Positions 61,091 through 64,000 of a stretch of 64,000 bases of DNA are shown here, in pieces. A program made the position numbers and the translations under genes. The DNA is from Octopus sinensis. Its lineage: Eukaryota. Every line of letters begins with the position of its first letter. Position 1 is the first letter of the stretch. The notes beneath the pieces are model-generated. The model saw only the letters and a program-made list of their open reading frames with translations, was not told the origin of the DNA and did not search any database. The stretch covers positions 20,460,001-20,524,000 of the forward strand of contig NC_043021.1 in the NCBI RefSeq assembly GCF_006345805.1, read 5' to 3'.

Positions 61091-61371
61091 CAAAAAAAAT
61101 TGGCCTTATGCTTCTATATGTCTGTAGAAGGATCTCTGTTGCTCTCTTCTTATTTCTTTGCCACCCACAAGGGGCTACACACAGAGGGGACAAACGGATT
61201 AAGTCGATTATATCGACCGCAGTGTATAACTGGCACTTATTTAATCGACCCCGAAAGGATGTAAGGCAAAGTTGACTTCGGCGGAATTTGAACTCAAAAC
61301 ATAGCAGCCGATGAAATATCGAAAATTTTGTCTGGCATGCTAATGTTTCTGCCAGCTCGCTGCCTTATCTC

Positions 61372-61812
61372 TCTTATAATAATAATAATAAAATTATTGT
61401 ATACAGTGCTCAGGTGCACCACAACTTGTCAGAGTATATGCAGTAATGTACAAATGTCTGGAAAGCAAACAATGCATGAGTCAGATACATGCTTGTGTGT
61501 GTATGGAGGGGGGGGAAAATCAGGTGTAGTGTTGGCGAATCTCAGAAAGCATGGAAGTTTTGAAGGATGCAGTGCTCCGACAACTAACAACTGATGCTGG
61601 CAGTTTGTTCCTTGCTTCAGCAACTCTCAGCATGAAAAAATGTTTCCAAAAGTCATGGGAGCTGTGCTGTTTTCTGACTTTGTAACTATGTCCACGGGTG
61701 TTAGATGGGTGGAGTTTGAAAAGGTGCTCAGAGTTATTGTTTGTAAGATGGTTAATAATTTTATGGGTGTCTGCCAAGTCAACTGCCAGACGTCGGAGTT
61801 TCAATGTGTCTT
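61372..61812 (-). mobile_element. CR1-like LINE 3' end, family 2
   Basis: Same ORF tip and 3' UTR. UTR-only copies at ~29633-29792 and ~715-790. Confidence 0.88.
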
Positions 61813-62463
61813 CTTACACTATTTTCTGTCTCTCTCTTCTTACAGTATATACTGGCATCAATGTAGTATATGGTGATAACATGTAGTGTAAACATTCAAA
61901 CATAGTCACTATCTTTCCAAATTCACAGGAAACTACCTTTTCTTGGCTCCATTTTTTAGCCTGAAAATTTCAACTTGTATGCAAAAATATATGGTATTAT
62001 GACAAAGAACCTAAATATGTCAATTATAAATCTAATTGTATGTGTTCGCTGATGAATTGGAAATACAAATAGCAGCTCTCTCTTTCACATTACATGGCTG
62101 GAATGCTTTTGATCATATATCCATGCCGGTGGAACATAAAAAGTACCAACCAATCATGGCCATTGCCAGCCTCCTCTTGCCCCTGACTTGTGGCACATTT
62201 AAATCACCCACTACACTCACAGAGTAGTTGGTGTTAGGAAGGGCATCCAGCTGTAGAAACACTGCCAGATTAGACTGGAGCCTGGTGCAGCCTCCTGGCT
62301 TCCCACACCCCAGTCGAACTGTCCAACCCATGCTAGCATGGAAAACAGACCTTAACTATGATGATGATTTACTAGATCATAAACTGGCCTAGGGCTAAAC
62401 AACAACAACAACAACAGTCATTATTCATTTATTCTGTAACTTGTAACAACGTTCTTATTGGTA

Positions 62464-62852
62464 TAGGCGTAGGAGTGGCTGTGTGGTAAGTAGCTTGCTT
62501 ACAAACCACATGGTTCCGTGTTCAGTCCCACTGCGTGGCACCTTGGGCAAGTGTCTTCTACTATAGCCTCGGGCTGACCAAAGCCTTGCGAGTGGATTTG
62601 GTAGACGGAAACTGAAAGAAGCCCGTTGTATATGTATGTATATGTATATGTGTGTGTCTGTGTTTGTCCCCCCAACATTGCTTGACAACCGATGCTGGTG
62701 TGTCTACATCCCCGTAACTTAGCGGTTCGGCAAAAAGAGACCGATATAATAAGTACTAGGCTTACAAAGAATAAGTCCTGGGGTCGATTTGCTCGACTAA
62801 AGGCAGTACTCCAGCATGGCCACAGTCAAATGACTGAAGCAAGTAAAAGAGA
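62464..62852 (+). mobile_element. SINE family A
   Basis: Full-length copy. Confidence 0.9.
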
Positions 62853-63102
62853 AAAAAAAAGGGATTGCCCATAACATGTAAAGAGCACCCAGCACCCTCT
62901 GTAAAATGGTTGGTGTTATGAAGGGCATGTAATCATAGAAATCATGCTAAAGTGGGCATTGGTGCTTGGTGCAGTCATCTGGCTTGTCAATTCCCGTCAA
63001 GTTGTCTTGCTTGTCAACTCCTGTCAAACATGTCAGCATGGAAGGCAGATGTTAGCGATGATGTGAATGATGTATTTTATTGTATTTGTTTGAGCTCTTG
63101 TA

Positions 63103-63105
<3 letters not shown>

Positions 63106-63155
<50 letters not shown>

Positions 63156-63176
63156 CACTACTACTACTACTACTAT
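63106..63176. repeat. (TAC)n/(CAC)n microsatellite
   Basis: Directly visible. Confidence 0.95.
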
Positions 63177-63516
63177 TCGTTATTGTTGTGTATTCCTTGG
63201 TCAGTTTATGTCCGGTAAATTTATCACCAAAGGATTTCTACATGTGATGAAGTTTGAATTTACATATTATTCAATGTAGAACTACATATTCTCATAGGTC
63301 AAAGAAAGTGCGTGATCTGAGGGAGGTTTGGCTGCTGTTTCTAGCAAGCTGATGTAGTCTAGAGCAGTCACCAGCCAACTTCAGCCCACCTAACAAAAAG
63401 TTACCTTGAATTTCTTTCAGCAGTGGGGGCCCATTTGATGATGAGCCATGTATCACGCAGTAAAGGTTGTCTGTGCTGGGTGTAGAGGTTCCCTCGTGTT
63501 ATACATTTAATTGTTG

Positions 63517-63896
63517 CTGTGTGAAAAGTCTGGCTGCATACACGTTAGCATATGTCAGGTGCATACAATTGACAACACAGTTAATTAAGATTTATTCAGT
63601 GAGTTCTATTCAACATGTGTTTACACGTGGAATCCATTAGATGAAGGCAATTTCAAAGTTTTGGCCGATAAAGTTGAACTGAAAAACCCTACAACGAGGC
63701 ATGAATTGCATGAAGCCGTCTTGCAGTCTTGGGAAGAACTATCTGAGCAGAAAATTTGTGGATGTATTCAACATCAAACTCATGTTCGGCGTCAAATAGT
63801 TGACTGTCGTGGTGGTAACAGATTCGTGTAATAAATTTTGTGTTTATTTTTGTTTCATAATATATTTTTTCGGATGCAGCCAGACTTTTCACACAG
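63517..63896 (+). mobile_element. Internally deleted Tc1-like element
   Basis: Perfect 23-bp inverted repeats ctgtgtgaaaagtctggctgcat (63517-63539) and its complement (63874-63896). The interior encodes the Tc1-like C-terminus LKNPTTRHELHEAVLQSWEEL...RRQIVDCRGG. Confidence 0.7.
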
Positions 63897-64000
63897 AGTT
63901 GACAAGCAAGACAACTTGACGGGAATTGACAAGCCAGATGACTGCACCAAGCACCAATGCCCACTTTAGCATGATTTCTATGATTACATGCCCTTCATAA

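Larger units (their letters stand above)
62916..64000. repeat. Perfect 105-bp inverted duplication (62916-63020 and 63896-64000)
   Basis: Base-for-base reverse complement by manual comparison. The right arm runs off the window. Confidence 0.9.

Overview
AT-rich eukaryotic DNA packed with repeats. The SINE and LINE families point to a cephalopod, most likely Octopus (inference, no database search run). One protein-coding gene can be reconstructed: seven phase-compatible + strand exons (47601-60716, 309 codons, running off the window end) encoding an acidic N-terminal protein resembling ERICH6/FAM194. Upstream is a CpG-rich promoter (about 42130-42520) with YY1 and ETS motifs, a strong minus-strand splice donor suggesting a divergent transcript, and a decayed tRNA-Asp. 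Most of the rest is transposon-derived: several tRNA-head SINE families, RTE and CR1-like LINE 3' fragments, a full-length decayed mariner, Tc1/mariner derivatives, piggyBac (TTAA) and hAT MITEs, non-autonomous Helitrons, a fragmented Chapaev3-like transposon and Penelope-type remnants. The most striking observation is an apparently intact type I hammerhead ribozyme (2732-2817, minus strand) in a roughly 330-bp TSD-flanked retrozyme-like insert, with several decayed hammerhead cores elsewhere. Most ORFs in the supplied track are repeat or low-complexity artefacts. Repeat end coordinates are approximate unless termini or TSDs are quoted.
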